Source of the DNA: Mobula hypostoma
Lineage: Eukaryota
Assembly (NCBI RefSeq): GCF_963921235.1
Contig: NC_086101.1
Location: 191,022,001 to 191,086,000, forward strand
DNA: 64,000 nt
Direction: 5' to 3'
Shown in pieces: positions 47,760 through 59,884 of this stretch; within the stretch, counting starts at the first letter, position 1; every line of letters starts with the position of its first letter. Under the pieces are notes generated by a model. It was given only the letters and a program-made list of their open reading frames with translations. It made no database searches and was not told the DNA's origin. A program made the translations under genes and the position numbers.

Positions 47760-48930
47760 TATAAGGCCTTTGACAAGGTCCCGCATGGGAGGTTAGTTAG
47801 GAAAATTCAGTCGCTAGGTATACATGGAGAGATGGTAAATTGGATTAGACATTGGCTCAATGGAAGAAGCCAAAGAGTGGTAGTAGAGAATTGCTTCTCT
47901 GAGTGGAGGCCTGTGACTAGTGGTGTGCCACGGGGATCAGTGCTGGGTCCATTGTTATTTGTCATCTATATCAATGATCTGGATGATAATGTGGTAAATT
48001 GGATCAGCAAATTTGCTGATGATACAAAGATTGGAGGTGTAGTAGACAGTGAGGAAGGTTTTCAAAGCTTGCAGAGGGATTTGGACCAGCTGGAAAAATG
48101 AGCTGAAAAATAGCAGATGGAGTTTAATACTGACAAGTGTGAGGTATTGCACTTTGGAAGGACAAACCAAGGTAGAACATACAGGGTTAATGGTAAGGCA
48201 CCGAGGAGTGCAGTAGAACAGAGGGATCTGGGAATAGATACAAAATTCCCTAAGGGTGGTGTCACAGGTAGATAGGGTCATAAAGAGAACTTTTGGTACA
48301 TTGGCCTTTATTAATCAAAGTATTGAGTATAAGAGCTGGAATGTTATGATGAGGTTGTATAAGGCATTGGTGAGGCCGAATCTGGAGTATTGTGTTCAGT
48401 TTTGGTCACCAAATTACAGGAAGAATATTAATAAGGTTGAAAGAGTGCAGAGAAGGTTTATAATGATGTTGCCGGGACTTGAGAAACTCAGTTACAGAGA
48501 AAGGTTGAATAGGTTAGGACTTTATTCTCTGGAGCGTAGAAGAATGAGGGGAGATTTGATAGAGGTATATAAAATTATGATGGGTATAGATAGAGTGAAT
48601 GCAAGCAGGCTTTTTCCACTGAAGCAAGGGGAGAAAAAAACCAGAGGACATGGGTTAAGGGTGAGGGGGGAAAAGTTTAAAGGGAACATTAGGGGGGGCT
48701 TCTTCACACAGAGAGTGGTGGGAGTGTGGAATGAGCTGCCAGACGTGGTGGTAAATGTGCGTTCTCTTTTAACATTTAAGAATAAATTGGACAGATACAT
48801 GGATGGGAGGTGTATGGAGGGATATGGTCCCTGTGCAGGTCGGTGGGACTAGGCAGAAAATGGTTCGGCACAGCCAAGAAAGGCCAAAAGGCCTGTTTCT
48901 GTGCTGTAGTTTTTCTATGGTTTCTATAAG
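47760..48930 (+). mobile_element. CR1 LINE RT C-terminal portion (well preserved)
   Basis: [24 protein letters not shown]...SKFADDTKIGG, and ORF 48256-48852. Confidence 0.92.
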
Positions 48931-49074
48931 ATGTGAAAATTGTTGCCTTGAGCCACCAATACTGCAAAGACTTACAAACAGGTCAATTACAACAAGAATC
49001 AGAATCAGATTTCAGAGTCAGAATCACCAGATATACGTCGCAAAATGTGTTGTTTAACAGCAGCAGTAGAGTGC

Positions 49075-49450
49075 GTCCGTTCATTGTGTGCCGAGTCGTA
49101 TGACGTGGGCGATCGTGGTCTTTGACCAGGATTGTCCTTGGCAAATTCTTCTACTGAAGTGGTTTGTCATTGCCTTCTTCTGGACAGTGTCTTCTCAAGA
49201 TGATGACCCTAGCCATTATTAATACTGTTCAGAGATTGTCTGCCTGGTGTCAGTGGTCACATAACCAGGACTTGTGATCTGCTCCGGCTGCTCGTCCGAC
49301 CATCCAGCACCTGTTCCCATGGTTGCATGTGGCCCTAATCAGGGGTGGGGCGGTAAGCAGGAGCTACACCTTGCCCAAGGGTAACCTGCAGGCTAGCGGA
49401 GGGAAGGAGAGCCTTACATCTCCTTCCGTACAGACATCTCTCCACCCCGC
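49075..49450 (-). mobile_element. RTE-tailed SINE-like element (second copy)
   Basis: Collinear with 16533-16895. Confidence 0.55.
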
Positions 49451-49479
49451 CACCCAAGCGAGATACATACCACCATACA

Positions 49480-49910
49480 TGGATTTTCAGGCATTACAAC
49501 TAGTAGCTGCAATACATAAAAATCCATAAATCTCAGAAATATTGCAAAAACAAGGTAGTGTTCATGGGTTAATGGACCATTCAGATGGGCATGAACCTCC
49601 TTGATCATTGATTGTGGGTCCTCAGACCCCTGTATCTACTCCCCGATGACATGCCCCTAGCAGTGAGGGTGATTAGTGACGACGCTGCCTTCCTGAGGCA
49701 CCGCCCATTGAAGATCCCGTTGGACGTAGGGAGGGAGGGTTGTGCCCGGCACGGAGTTGTCTGTAAACCTCTGCAGCCTCTTGCAGCCCAGTGCATGGGA
49801 GGCTCCACGCCAGACTGTGGTGCAACCCATCAGAATGTTCTCCACTGTAATTCAGTGGAAATTTAGTGACAAACCAAATCTGAAACTCCAAAAAAAGTAG
49901 AACTTCTGTC
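49480..49910 (-). mobile_element. Rex1/Babar-type LINE 3' fragment
   Basis: ENILMGCTTVW.G...CKRLQR and RCLRKAASSLITL. Confidence 0.65.
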
Positions 49911-50094
49911 ACTACTTCAAGCCCCTTAGGAGATGGATTGCAAAGAAAATACTACCTAAAAAAAACAGTTTTCTCATCGCTCTTCGATGACCTCTACTTC
50001 AGTGCTCTGTTCCTGTGGCTAATCCTTCTGTCAAAGAACTTTAAAAGAATTTTACTCAGGTTTCTGGCAAGACAAGCATATAAAGCTCTTTGCT

Positions 50095-50285
50095 AGCTGA
50101 AACAGAACATGACAGCACAGGACAGGCCCCTCAGCCCATTCTGTTATGTAAAATTGTCACACAGAACACTACAGCACAGACAGGCCCCGGGCCCACTCTG
50201 TTACATGGAATTGTCACACAGAACACCACAGTACAGGACAGGCCCCTCGGCCTGCAATGTTGTGCCAACCCTTTAACCTAGTCTA
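50095..50285 (-). repeat. tandem triplication (about 58 bp) of a CR1 3'-terminal segment
   Basis: ACAGAAC...ACAGCACAG(G)ACAGGCCCC...TGTTA...AATTGTCAC repeated three times. Confidence 0.7.
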
Positions 50286-50289
50286 AGAT

Positions 50290-50510
50290 GGTGTGGGCGT
50301 GGCACTATTGATCAGAGATAGTGTCATGGCTGCAGAAAAGGAGGAAGACATGGAGGGATTGTCTGCAGAGTCTCTGTGGGTGGAAGTCAGGAACAGGAAG
50401 GGGTCAATAACTCTACTGGGTGTTTTTTATAGACCACCCAATAGTAACAGGGACATCGAGGAGCAGATAGGGAGACAGATTCTGGAAAGATGCAGTAATA
50501 ACAGGGTTGT
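50290..50510 (+). mobile_element. CR1 APE-endonuclease fragment
   Basis: GVALLIRDS...ESLWVEVRNRKG..TLLGVFYRPPNS. Confidence 0.85.
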
Positions 50511-50949
50511 ACGTTCTAGTATCAATTGTCTGGCGACAATAAAGTATATAGTATGTATCTCCTGCCCGGGAGTGTAGTGAGAAGAGAGCATGACCTGGAT
50601 GGTGGTCTTCGGTCATGGACCCAAACCAGGCCGCAGTGCATCCAGTTCGGAATCACTCCATCGTGCATCAATAGAGCTTTCTGGAACGCAATCTTGCATG
50701 CCAAGGGACAATTCTACACTAAGCTAGAATCAGAAATAATGCTCGATGGCTGTAGCAGGGCTTGCATGTTTGCATCCTACAAGCCGAGATCGGGTAACAT
50801 TAGTGGCAATAACCCATCACTTCCCGATGAACTCAATGATTTTTTGTACACTTTGAAAGGCAGAGCAATGACACCCCTACACCACCCCCCATAACTCCCG
50901 ATAACCCTGTGATCTCAGACTCTGAGCCTGATCTGTCTGGGACTCCTGC

Positions 50950-51440
50950 TCTTCATGATTTTTATAAATGATCTGGATGAGGGAGTGGAGGGATGGGTTA
51001 GTAAATTTGCTGATGACACAAAGGTTGGGGGTGTTGTGGATAGTGTGGAGGGCTGTCAGAGGTTACAGAGAGACATTGATAGGATGCAAAACTGGGCTGA
51101 GAAGTGGCAGATGGAGTTCAACCCAGATAAGTGTGAGGTGGTTCATTTTGGTAGGTCAAATATGATGGCAGAATATAGTATTAATGGTAAGACTCTTGGC
51201 AGTGTGGAGGATCAGAGGGATCTTGGGGTCCGAGTCCTTAGGACACTCAAAGCTTCTGCGCAGGTTGACTCTGTTGTTAAGAAAGCATACAGTGCATTGG
51301 CCTTCATCAATCATCGGATTGAGTTTAGGAGCCGAGATGTAATGTTGCAGCTATATAGGACATTTCTAAGGTAAGGACGTGTTCGGCACAGCTTTGTGGG
51401 CTGAAGGGCCTGTACTGTGCTATAGATTTTCTATGTTTCC
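50950..51440 (+). mobile_element. CR1 LINE RT fragment
   Basis: IFINDLDEGVEGWVSKFADDTKVGGVVDS...WQMEFNPDKCEV. Confidence 0.88.
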
Positions 51441-51748
51441 ATGAATCTAACCATTCCCTCCTATACAGCCTCCATTTTTCTTTCATTTTGTGCCTGATCT
51501 GTTGTGCTGATCCAATTAAACAGATGACTCCTGATGAATCGAATCCACCTTCACCTCACATTGACCGTATCCCTCTTTCTCTGCACATCCATGTGCATAT
51601 CTGGGAGTCTCCTCAATGCTGCCATGTCACCACCCTGACAGCGCTTTCCTGGCATCAGACACTCTCTGTGAAAAAAAATCTGACACAGCACACCGCCTTC
51701 GAACTGGCCCCCTCTCACCTTTAACGTATGCTTCCATTGCTGGACATT

Positions 51749-52600
51749 ACAGTCATAGTCATACTTTATTGATCCCGGGGGAAATTGGTTTTTGTTACAG
51801 TTGCACCATAAATAATAAATAGTGATAGAACCATAAATAATTAAATAGTAGTATGTAAATTATGCCAGGAAATAAGTCCAGGACCAGCCTATTGGCTCAG
51901 GGTGTCTGACCCTCCAAGGGAGGAGTTGTAAAGTTTGATGGCCACAGGCAGGAATGACTTCCTATGACACTCTGTGTTGCATCTCGGTGGAATGAGTCTC
52001 TGGCTGAATGTACTCCTGTGCCCACCCAGTACATTATGTCGTGGATGGGAGACATTGTCCAAGATGGCATGCAACTTAAACAGCATCCTCTTTTCAGACA
52101 CCACCGTCAGAGAGTCCAGTTCCATCCCCACAACATCACTGGCCTTACGAATGAGTTTGTTGATTCTACTGGTGTCTGCTACCCTCAGCCTGCTGCCCCA
52201 GCACACAACAGCAAACATGATAGCACTGGCCACCACAGACTCGTAGAACATCCTCAGCATCGTCCGGCAGATGTTAAAGGACCTCAGTCTCCTCAGGAAA
52301 TAGAGACGGCTCTGACCCTTCTTGTAGACAGCCTCAGTGTTCTTTAACCAGTCCAGTTTATTGTCAATTTGTATCCCCAGGTATTTGTAATCCTCCACCA
52401 TGTCCACACTGACCCCCTGGATGGAAACTGGGGTCACCGGTACCTTAGCTCTCCTCAGGTCTTCCACCAGCTCCTTAGTCTTTTTCACATTAATCTGCAA
52501 ATAATTCTGCTCACACCATGTGACAAAGTTTCCTACCGTAGCCCTGTACTCAGCCTCATCTCCCTTGCTGATGCATCCAACTATGGCAGAGTCATTATAA
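51749..52600 (-). mobile_element. Rex1 LINE (young family)
   Basis: ORF 51889-52635 and a (CTATGA)n tail. Confidence 0.9.
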
Positions 52601-52779
52601 TCCTGGGGATAAAAGGGCAGGCTGGCTGTTCCCATTATGCCACTGGTGTTTCGGGCAGCAACGAAGGCCCTCTGTCTCTGGCAGTGTCATAGCTTCCTTC
52701 ATCACCTCAGTAGCTTCCTCTCAGTTTTCACTACTGTCAATCATGCAAGTCCCAGGTGGAAGATCAGGAATACCTTCAC

Positions 52780-53040
52780 ACTCAGATGCAGAACGGTTCT
52801 TCATTGCTGATTCCTTAACAGTTTTGTTTGACCATTCAGGGTTGTTAGCCCTGAGCTGAACCCCCGAACCTGGAGGATCGGTGGACACTCTTAGTGTGTC
52901 CTCTACCCTTTGACCTGCTTGGCATGGGTGACCCTACCAAGAGCCAAAGCACAAAGCCCTGACTCCAGCCAACGTAGCTCTCCGGGTCACTGAGGCGCAC
53001 AGGCCTCCAAACCCAGCGAGGTTGTGGTCCTTTTAGAGGT
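52780..53040 (-). mobile_element. RTE-type 5' UTR / non-autonomous fragment
   Basis: GGTGACCCTACCAAGAGC...ACTCCAGCCAACGTAGCTCTCCGGG resembles recalled RTE 5' UTR sequence. Confidence 0.35.
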
Positions 53041-53147
53041 GGGTGCAAAAGGATAACTTTTATTTGTCACATCTAGATCAAAAACATACAGTGAAACCTG
53101 TCACTTGTGTCAAGAAGATACCAGATGGCATAAGAAATTCTGCGGGA

Positions 53148-53353
53148 GCTGGAAATGTGCAGCAACACCCACACGCAAAGTGCAGGAGGAACTCAGCAAG
53201 TCAGCCAGCAGCTATGGATGAAATAAACAGTCAACATTTCAGGCCTGATGATGGATTTCGGCTTGAAACTGTAACAGTTCATTCCCCTCTATAGATGTTG
53301 CCTAACTTGTAGAGTTCCTCCAGCATTTCATGTATGTTGCTCAAGATACCAGC
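53148..53353. mobile_element. Penelope-derived inverted-repeat unit with degenerate hammerhead core
   Basis: Arms of about 80 bp (53148-53231 and 53274-53353) are imperfect reverse complements around CTGATGA (53245) ... GAAAC (53265). Confidence 0.65.
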
Positions 53354-53949
53354 CGTCTACTCTAATCTGTATAAACTTCTCCCCTCAGCCTTTGCCACTC
53401 AAAAGACAGCAGCTCCTGCCTGTCTGACCTCCTGAGGCTGAGGTTGTCCTTGAGATGGAATTAAATGGTGCCTGATTTTGAAGTAAACTTATTAACAAAG
53501 CAAAGTACCTATATGATTTTATTGCACTATCTGACAAATTGCGCTGGGTTTAGATGATTCACTTTCTAGGATGTTACGACTCATGGTATCAGCTTTATTT
53601 ATTTAGTTATGTATTCATTTCTTATCCATCTTTTGTTTGCCTATTTATTTATTATTCATTATTCTGGGTTTTTTTTTTGTATTTCTACAGCTTTGTCTTC
53701 TTTTGCACACCGGCTTTGTGTGTCAGTCTTCATTCATTCCATTGTACTTCTTTGTTCTACTGGGAAGGCCTGCAAGAAAATTTAAACTTCAAAGTAAACT
53801 TACTATCAAAGTACATACAGTATATGTCACCATAAGCAACCCTGAGATTCGGAGATTTGTTTTCTTGCGGCTGTACTCAGTAAATCCAAAAACCATAATA
53901 GAATCAATGAAAGACCACACCCAAGCAATAAATGAAGAACATGGGATGA

Positions 53950-54350
53950 AGAGTCCTTGAAAGTGAGTCCATGGGCTATGGGAACAGCTCAGTGATGGGA
54001 TGCGTGAAGTTATCCCCTTTGGTTAAAGAGCCTGATGGTTGAGGGGTAGTAACTGTTCCTGACCCTGGTGGTGTGGGTCCTGGTGCTCCTGTATCTTCTT
54101 CCCAATGGCAGAAGCTAGAGGTAAACACATCCTGGGTGGTAGGGGGTCCCCGATGTCAGATGCTGTTTTCCTGCGACTATGCTCTGTGTAGATATGTTCA
54201 AAGGTGAGGACGGCTTTACCAAAGAAGAACTGGGCTGTGTCCACTACATTTTGTAGGATTTTCAGTTCGAGGGCATTGGCATTTCCATACCAGGTAGTGA
54301 TGGAACCAGTCAAAATACTCTCCATTACCCATCTATAGCAGCTTTTCCAA
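53950..54350 (-). mobile_element. Rex1/Babar-type LINE 3' fragment
   Basis: MESILTGSITTWYGNANALE.KILQNVVDTAQ. Confidence 0.7.
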
Positions 54351-54459
54351 GTTTTAGAGTAGAGCTACCAGGACTTGATGTTTCAATCCCTATGGTAAGT
54401 TGGCACTCTCGATGTTGGCAGTGGGTTTGGAGTGGTGACAAGGAGGGAGGGTAGGTACG

Positions 54460-54878
54460 TCATTGGGGTCATCAGGTGGGCACCCTCCTTCTTTGATGTT
54501 TCGTTGCTAAGCCCAGAGGGCTCAACGGTGCTACCTGGCGTCCCAGATACACCCCCTCAGTTCCATACCCTCCTGTCTTCATCTTGCAGCCCAGTTGATG
54601 TCTTTCCTTTTAATACAAATCCAGTTGCTGCTTTCTTCTGCTGCATTTGACAAGGACTTCATTGCTCATTGGAGGGAGTGACCCCTCACCCCCATCTTCT
54701 TCAATAGACTGGTCGTAGATGTAGCAACGAATCCCCTGCATTCCACTTCTACGGGGAAAATCTTGGTCTTCCAGCCATTCTGGGCAGCTTCAGTTGCCAG
54801 TTCAGAGTATTCGGTCTTTTTCCTCTCTTAAGCTTCTTCGACACCATCTTCCCATGGTACTGTCAATTCCACAACATA
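54460..54878 (-). mobile_element. HERO-like (restriction-like endonuclease) non-LTR retrotransposon 3' remnant
   Basis: Minus translation YVVELTVPWEDGVEEA*ERKKTEYSELATEAAQNGWKTKIFPVEVECRGF...AAEESSNWICIKR, the ELTVPW...K..KY...PVEVGCRG signature of RLE domains. Confidence 0.75.
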
Positions 54879-57219
54879 TAGATAACATAAATGAATCTTC
54901 AGATAGTATATGGTGACATATACTGTATGTACTTCGATAATAGATTTACTTTGAGCTTTAACCTATTTGAACTTTGATATAAATAATGATTACTTTCCTA
55001 ATTACCACACCCAAGATTCTTGGCAAAATCAGAACTGTACACTGTGTTTTTGTAATTGCACGGTTTATTGCTGTCTGCACTCTGGTTCGGAGGTCCTTTA
55101 CTGATTCTGTTGTAATTATTATTCTATTTATTGAGAATGCCCACAGGAAAACGAATCTCTGGTTTGTTTGTGGTGACATATATGTACTTTGATAATAAAT
55201 TTACTTTGAACTTTGAAAAGCAGAGTTGTTAAGAGATATTATACTAATGAAGTGCAGTGGTAAGGCAACACAGAAGTATTCTTAAACCCTTGTTAAACTC
55301 GACTTCTTGCGTCACACGTACTGCTTGATCTGATAACTTCCTACTGCATTAGCCTATGCAATCATGAAATCCAAGTTCCTTTCACAAGATCATTAAGAAA
55401 GCAAAAATTTATCAACTGTTCCAACCTCCGTTGAATTGAGTGGCTTCCCAGAGCATTTTAGTTCTGAATGCTATTTGCTTACTTTTATTGTTTGCACAAT
55501 TTGTTATTTTCTCTCTGCACGATGGGTGTTTGATGGTCTTTTTTGTTTTAATTATTTCCACTGAGTTTCTCTGTTTTGTGGTTGCCTGTAAGGAGACGAA
55601 TCTAAAGGTTGCATAATATTGACAAACTTTGATAATAACTGTACCTTCAACTTTGAACTTCAGAGGGAAGTTAAGATGCTGATGTGTCAAAGTCAAAGTT
55701 GAGTTTATTATCACGGACACAGGTGCAATGAAAAACTTACAGCAGCATCAGAGGCCCAGATCATCAGATAAGCAGCGTTCACAAGAAATATATAAATCAT
55801 TAATAATAACCACATAGGGTTTCTCTGGGTGCTCTGATTTCCTTCCAAATTCCAAAGATGTATGGGCTTGGGTTAGTAAATTATAGGCATGCTATGTTGA
55901 TGCTAGAAGCAAGGTGACACTCGTGGGCTGCCCCCAGCACATTTTTGGACTGTGTTGAACATTGAGGCAAATGATGTCAATAAACTAAAAATTCTTTACA
56001 TGGGTGTTTGACAGGCTGAAGGGCTTGTGTCACTATGATGATAAAACCCTGACCTCTGTTCACTGTTGACCTGGAAGTTAAATCCCTCTAAGAATGTTCA
56101 AGTTTATTTTCATTCAACCGTACACATGTATACTGTTAAACAAAACAATATTCTTCCGGACCAAAGTGCACAACACCATACATATAACTCACACACACAG
56201 CACATAAAGTAATATTACAATAAATAAATTAACAAATAATAAAAATAGATTCCAGAAGACTGGCATTTAGCATAAGGTGCAATTACAACACAAGTTAAAA
56301 AGTAAACAGTATAATGCTACTGGTGCTTCTTTCGTGATGGGTGGCATCAGGGAGGACTTAAATGTGACTTCAAAAGTAAAGAGTGGGAGGAATTCAACAG
56401 GTCAGACAGCATCTGTGGGGGGAAATGAACTGTTGGTGTTTCCAGTCAAAACCCTGGAGAGTGGAGAGGGTAGATGGGCAGAGTAAAGAGAAGGAATCTA
56501 TTTTTATTATTTGTTATTTTATAGTAATATTACTTTATGTATTGTGTGAGTTATATGTGCTGTGTTGCGCACCTTGGTGTTGTGCATCTCGGCTCAAAAC
56601 GCCATCTGTTCACTCTTTCCCATGGATGCCACCTGACCTATGGAGTTCCTCCAGATTTTTATGAGCATTGCTTTGATTTCCAGCATCTGCAGACTTTCTC
56701 TTGTTTGTGATTCCTTCTCCCGTATCAGATGCTGCTCGACCCGTCGAATTCCTTCTGCAGATTGCTTGTTCCCGATTCTCATGTCTGCTGTCTCCTAAAG
56801 TTTAGAGATCAGCTTTACTTGTCACATGTACATCAAAGTATCGAATGTCGTTCGAGTTGAGAATGTGCTGGGGGCAGTCTGCAAGTATTGCCACACTTCT
56901 GGTGCCAACATAGCTGACCCAGCTTACTGACCCTTATCCGTGCGCCTTTGGAATGTGGGAGGAGACCAGATCATCCGGAGGAAACTTACACGGTCGCGGG
57001 GCGAATGTACAAGCTCCTTACGGGCAGTGGTGGGAATTGAACCCTGATCACTAGCACTGTAAAGAGTTACACTAACTGCCACAGTACTGTGTCAGCTTTG
57101 ATTTAATAGAACTTGATCCTTACGTTGGTGATTGATCATTGGATTCCTGTTCAGTTTGCAACCTCGGTTTGCTCTCCGTGTCTAACAGTTCGGTTTGCTG
57201 TCAGTGTCCAACTGTTAAC

Positions 57220-57690
57220 ATTGACTAATTAATTGTCTTAACTCCTACGAAGAGATTCATTTGACAGATGTGCAGTGGAGAGCATCCCCACAAGCTGCAT
57301 CACTGTATGGAATGGAAACTACACTGCAGGAAGGCTGGACTACGGCTGGTGCAAGCTGCCCAATGCATCACTGGCACCAGCTGGCCCACCATCAAGGGCG
57401 TGCATACAGAAAGTTGCCAGCAAAGGGCTAGTAACATCATAAAGGATCCTACACACCCTGCCCGTGGACTGTGTGTCCCGCTCCCATTAGCTACAGCCAC
57501 ACCAGGACCACCAGGCACAAAAACAGTTAGTTTCCCCAAGCAGTAAGGCTGACCAACATGTCCACCCACTAGCCCAGCTCTCTACACCCTCCCCCCACCA
57601 CTACATTATCATTTCCTGTCAGTCACCTTGTGTACAGACACTCCTGTGCCCTGTGTCAATTTATGGGCGCACAATCAATCTTATTTATTG
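57220..57690 (+). mobile_element. Rex1/Babar-type LINE 3' fragment
   Basis: RASNIIKDPTHPARGLCVPLP and family UTR. Confidence 0.65.
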
Positions 57691-57743
57691 GATCTCCCCC
57701 GCCCCCTCCCACTTTCAAATCTCTTACTAGCTCTTCCTTCAGT

Positions 57744-57781
57744 TAGTCCTGACGAAGGGTCTCAGCCCGAAACGTCGACTG
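57744..57781 (+). ncRNA. minimal type I hammerhead ribozyme motif (Penelope-type)
   Basis: Stem I (T)AGTC/GACT(G), CTGACGA, extra A, stem II GGG/CCC, GAAAC, palindromic ACGT stem III, and a GTC cleavage triplet at 57774-57776. Confidence 0.7.
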
Positions 57782-58029
57782 TACCTCTTCCTAGAGATGC
57801 TGCCTGGCCTGCTGCGTTCACCAGCAACTTTTATGTGTGTTGCTTGAATTTCCAGCATCTGCAGAATTCCTCGTGTTTACAATCTTATTTATTTATATTT
57901 ATAGTGGTTTACATTATTATTGTGTTCTTTATCTTATTGCGTTTTTGTGCTGCTTCGGATCCGGAGTAACAATTATTTTGTCCTCCTTTACAGCTGTATG
58001 TTGGAAATGACATTAAACTATCTTGAATT

Positions 58030-58560
58030 CGCTCCAACGCGAACGACTGATGAAACCAGAGCCTGCGCGGTGCAGTTCCCGAGGAACATCACTAGAGGGG
58101 GCTATAGTCCCTCTCGCGTCGGTGTGATTGATTATTATAGTGGAGCCGGGGAAACTGTCCCGAGAGCACACATCCCAAGAAACCAACTACTGAGCGAGTA
58201 TCCATAGCTACTGTATCCTTGGAAACTACACCTAGATGGAGTTGCTATGGTTAATACGTCTACAATTGATTTACCGCTAAATAAAATGTCGCAGCCTTAT
58301 AAGCAGCTATGGAACCCACAGCCGCTTTGCTAGAAATGGTCCTGTTTTTACTGGTGTGTGGCCTCTCCTGCTATACTGCGCGTTTTGTAGGCTCGCTCAA
58401 AATTTAGTACGCAGCAGGCCATTTGGACCGTCTCGGTTGTGCCAGCCAAAACAAGGGCTATCTATCCGGACTGATCTCAGCATTGGGCCTGTCGTCCTCT
58501 TCAGGGAAATATGGGGAGGATTTCTACCTCTCCCACGCCCTCGGAGAGTGAGTTCCGGAC
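58030..58560. promoter_or_regulatory. CpG-rich promoter-like island with RFX X-box cluster and CTCF-like site
   Basis: GTATCCATAGCTAC (58198-58211), GTATCCTTGGAAAC (58213-58226), GTTGCTATGGTTAA (58241-58254), TCACTAGAGGGGGCTA (58089-58104), and a strong plus-strand donor AGA|GTGAGT at 58547/58548. Confidence 0.55.
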
Positions 58561-59884
58561 AATCCCCACCCCCACCCCCACCCCCACCCCCCAGTGGCCA
58601 GCCCTCAGGGAGAACTTTTCTACGTTCGCCCCACCAGTCCTTTCCACTCTTTGCTACTAACTCCTGTCCCCGTTTCCACAGCAACAAGACATTTAGAACA
58701 GAAATTAGGAGGAATTTCTTTAGCCAGAGGGTGGTGAATTGGTGGAATTCAGACAGCTGTAGAGGCCAAGTCATTGGGTATAGTTAAATATAGTAGATTC
58801 CTGATTAGTCAGGGTGTCAAAGGTTACAGGGGGAGGGCAGGAGAATGGGGTTGGACAGGAGAGGGAAAATATGGAATGACAGAGGAGACTGGATGGGCTG
58901 AATAGCCCAATTTTGCTCCCATGTTTCATGGTCTTGTGGACATTCTGCGTTCCTCCAGTTACTTGTGTGGGTTGCTCAAGATTCCCAGCATCTACAGAAT
59001 CTCATGTTTGCCCTGCTGGTTTCCCAGCCATGATATTGGCACACCCTCTTGGAACTCCTCTAAATCCCCTCCGGTGCAGAAGAGGAGTAGTGAGGTAGTG
59101 CTCACGATGGTGGAAGGGAAAATGTTAAGGAGTCTTAAGGCTCCTGTGCCTCCTCCCCGATGGTAGCAATGAGAAGAGAGCATATCCTGGGTGATGGAGG
59201 TCCTTAATGATGGAAGCCACCTTTCTGAGACACCACCCTTTAAAAATATCCTCGTTGGCGGGGAAGTTTGGAACATAGACCAGTAGAGGCACTTTGGCCC
59301 ACAATGTGCCAACCTAACCTACTCTAAGGTAAGTCTAACCCTTCCCTCCAAAGCCATCCATTTTTCCTTCATCCATAGATGTGCCTGGGTTTGTGCCCAT
59401 GGTGGATCTGGCGGAATCTACAACCGTCTGTAGCCTCTGCGAGAGAGGGGGACTGATGCCCTCACAATCTACCTCGCCGTCATCTTGGACCTTATTGCCT
59501 ACCCACACGGCTCTTTCGGCATGGCTGTAACAGTTGATTCCGTGTAACACACACAAAATGCTGGAGGAATTCAGCAGGTCAGCCAGCATCTAGAGAGGGG
59601 AATAAAGAGATGACACTTCCTGCTGAGACCCCTCATATCAGGACTGCCCCTTATTCTGCATTCCCTGACACTGCCTCGATGTGCTGACGTGATGAAATAA
59701 TCTGTATGGATGGCTTGTAAAACAAAGATTTTCACCATAGCTCAGGACATGTGACAATAATGAACCCAATTACAGGGAAATAATGAGAGTGGGAATCACT
59801 TGAAGGGGGCGATGGGGTTAATATACTGGGAGTCTGCATGTATCTGATAGACTGAATGGCCTCTGCTCTGTTGTCATACTGTCT

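Noticed and set aside
47832-48852. Intact host genes among long ORFs (also 15056-15655, 29035-30494, 51889-52635, 60838-61872, 63140-63652)
   Set aside because: All are LINE ORF2 fragments (CR1, Rex1, RTE) with truncations, stops or frameshifts.
54460-54520. Permuted hammerhead in the HERO 3' UTR (GAAAC ... CTGATGA on the minus strand)
   Set aside because: I could not form stems I and III or find a properly placed cleavage triplet.
58190-58270. MHC class II S-X-Y promoter module
   Set aside because: X-box-like motifs are present, but there is no correctly spaced Y box (ATTGG) or X2 site and no MHC exons in the window.
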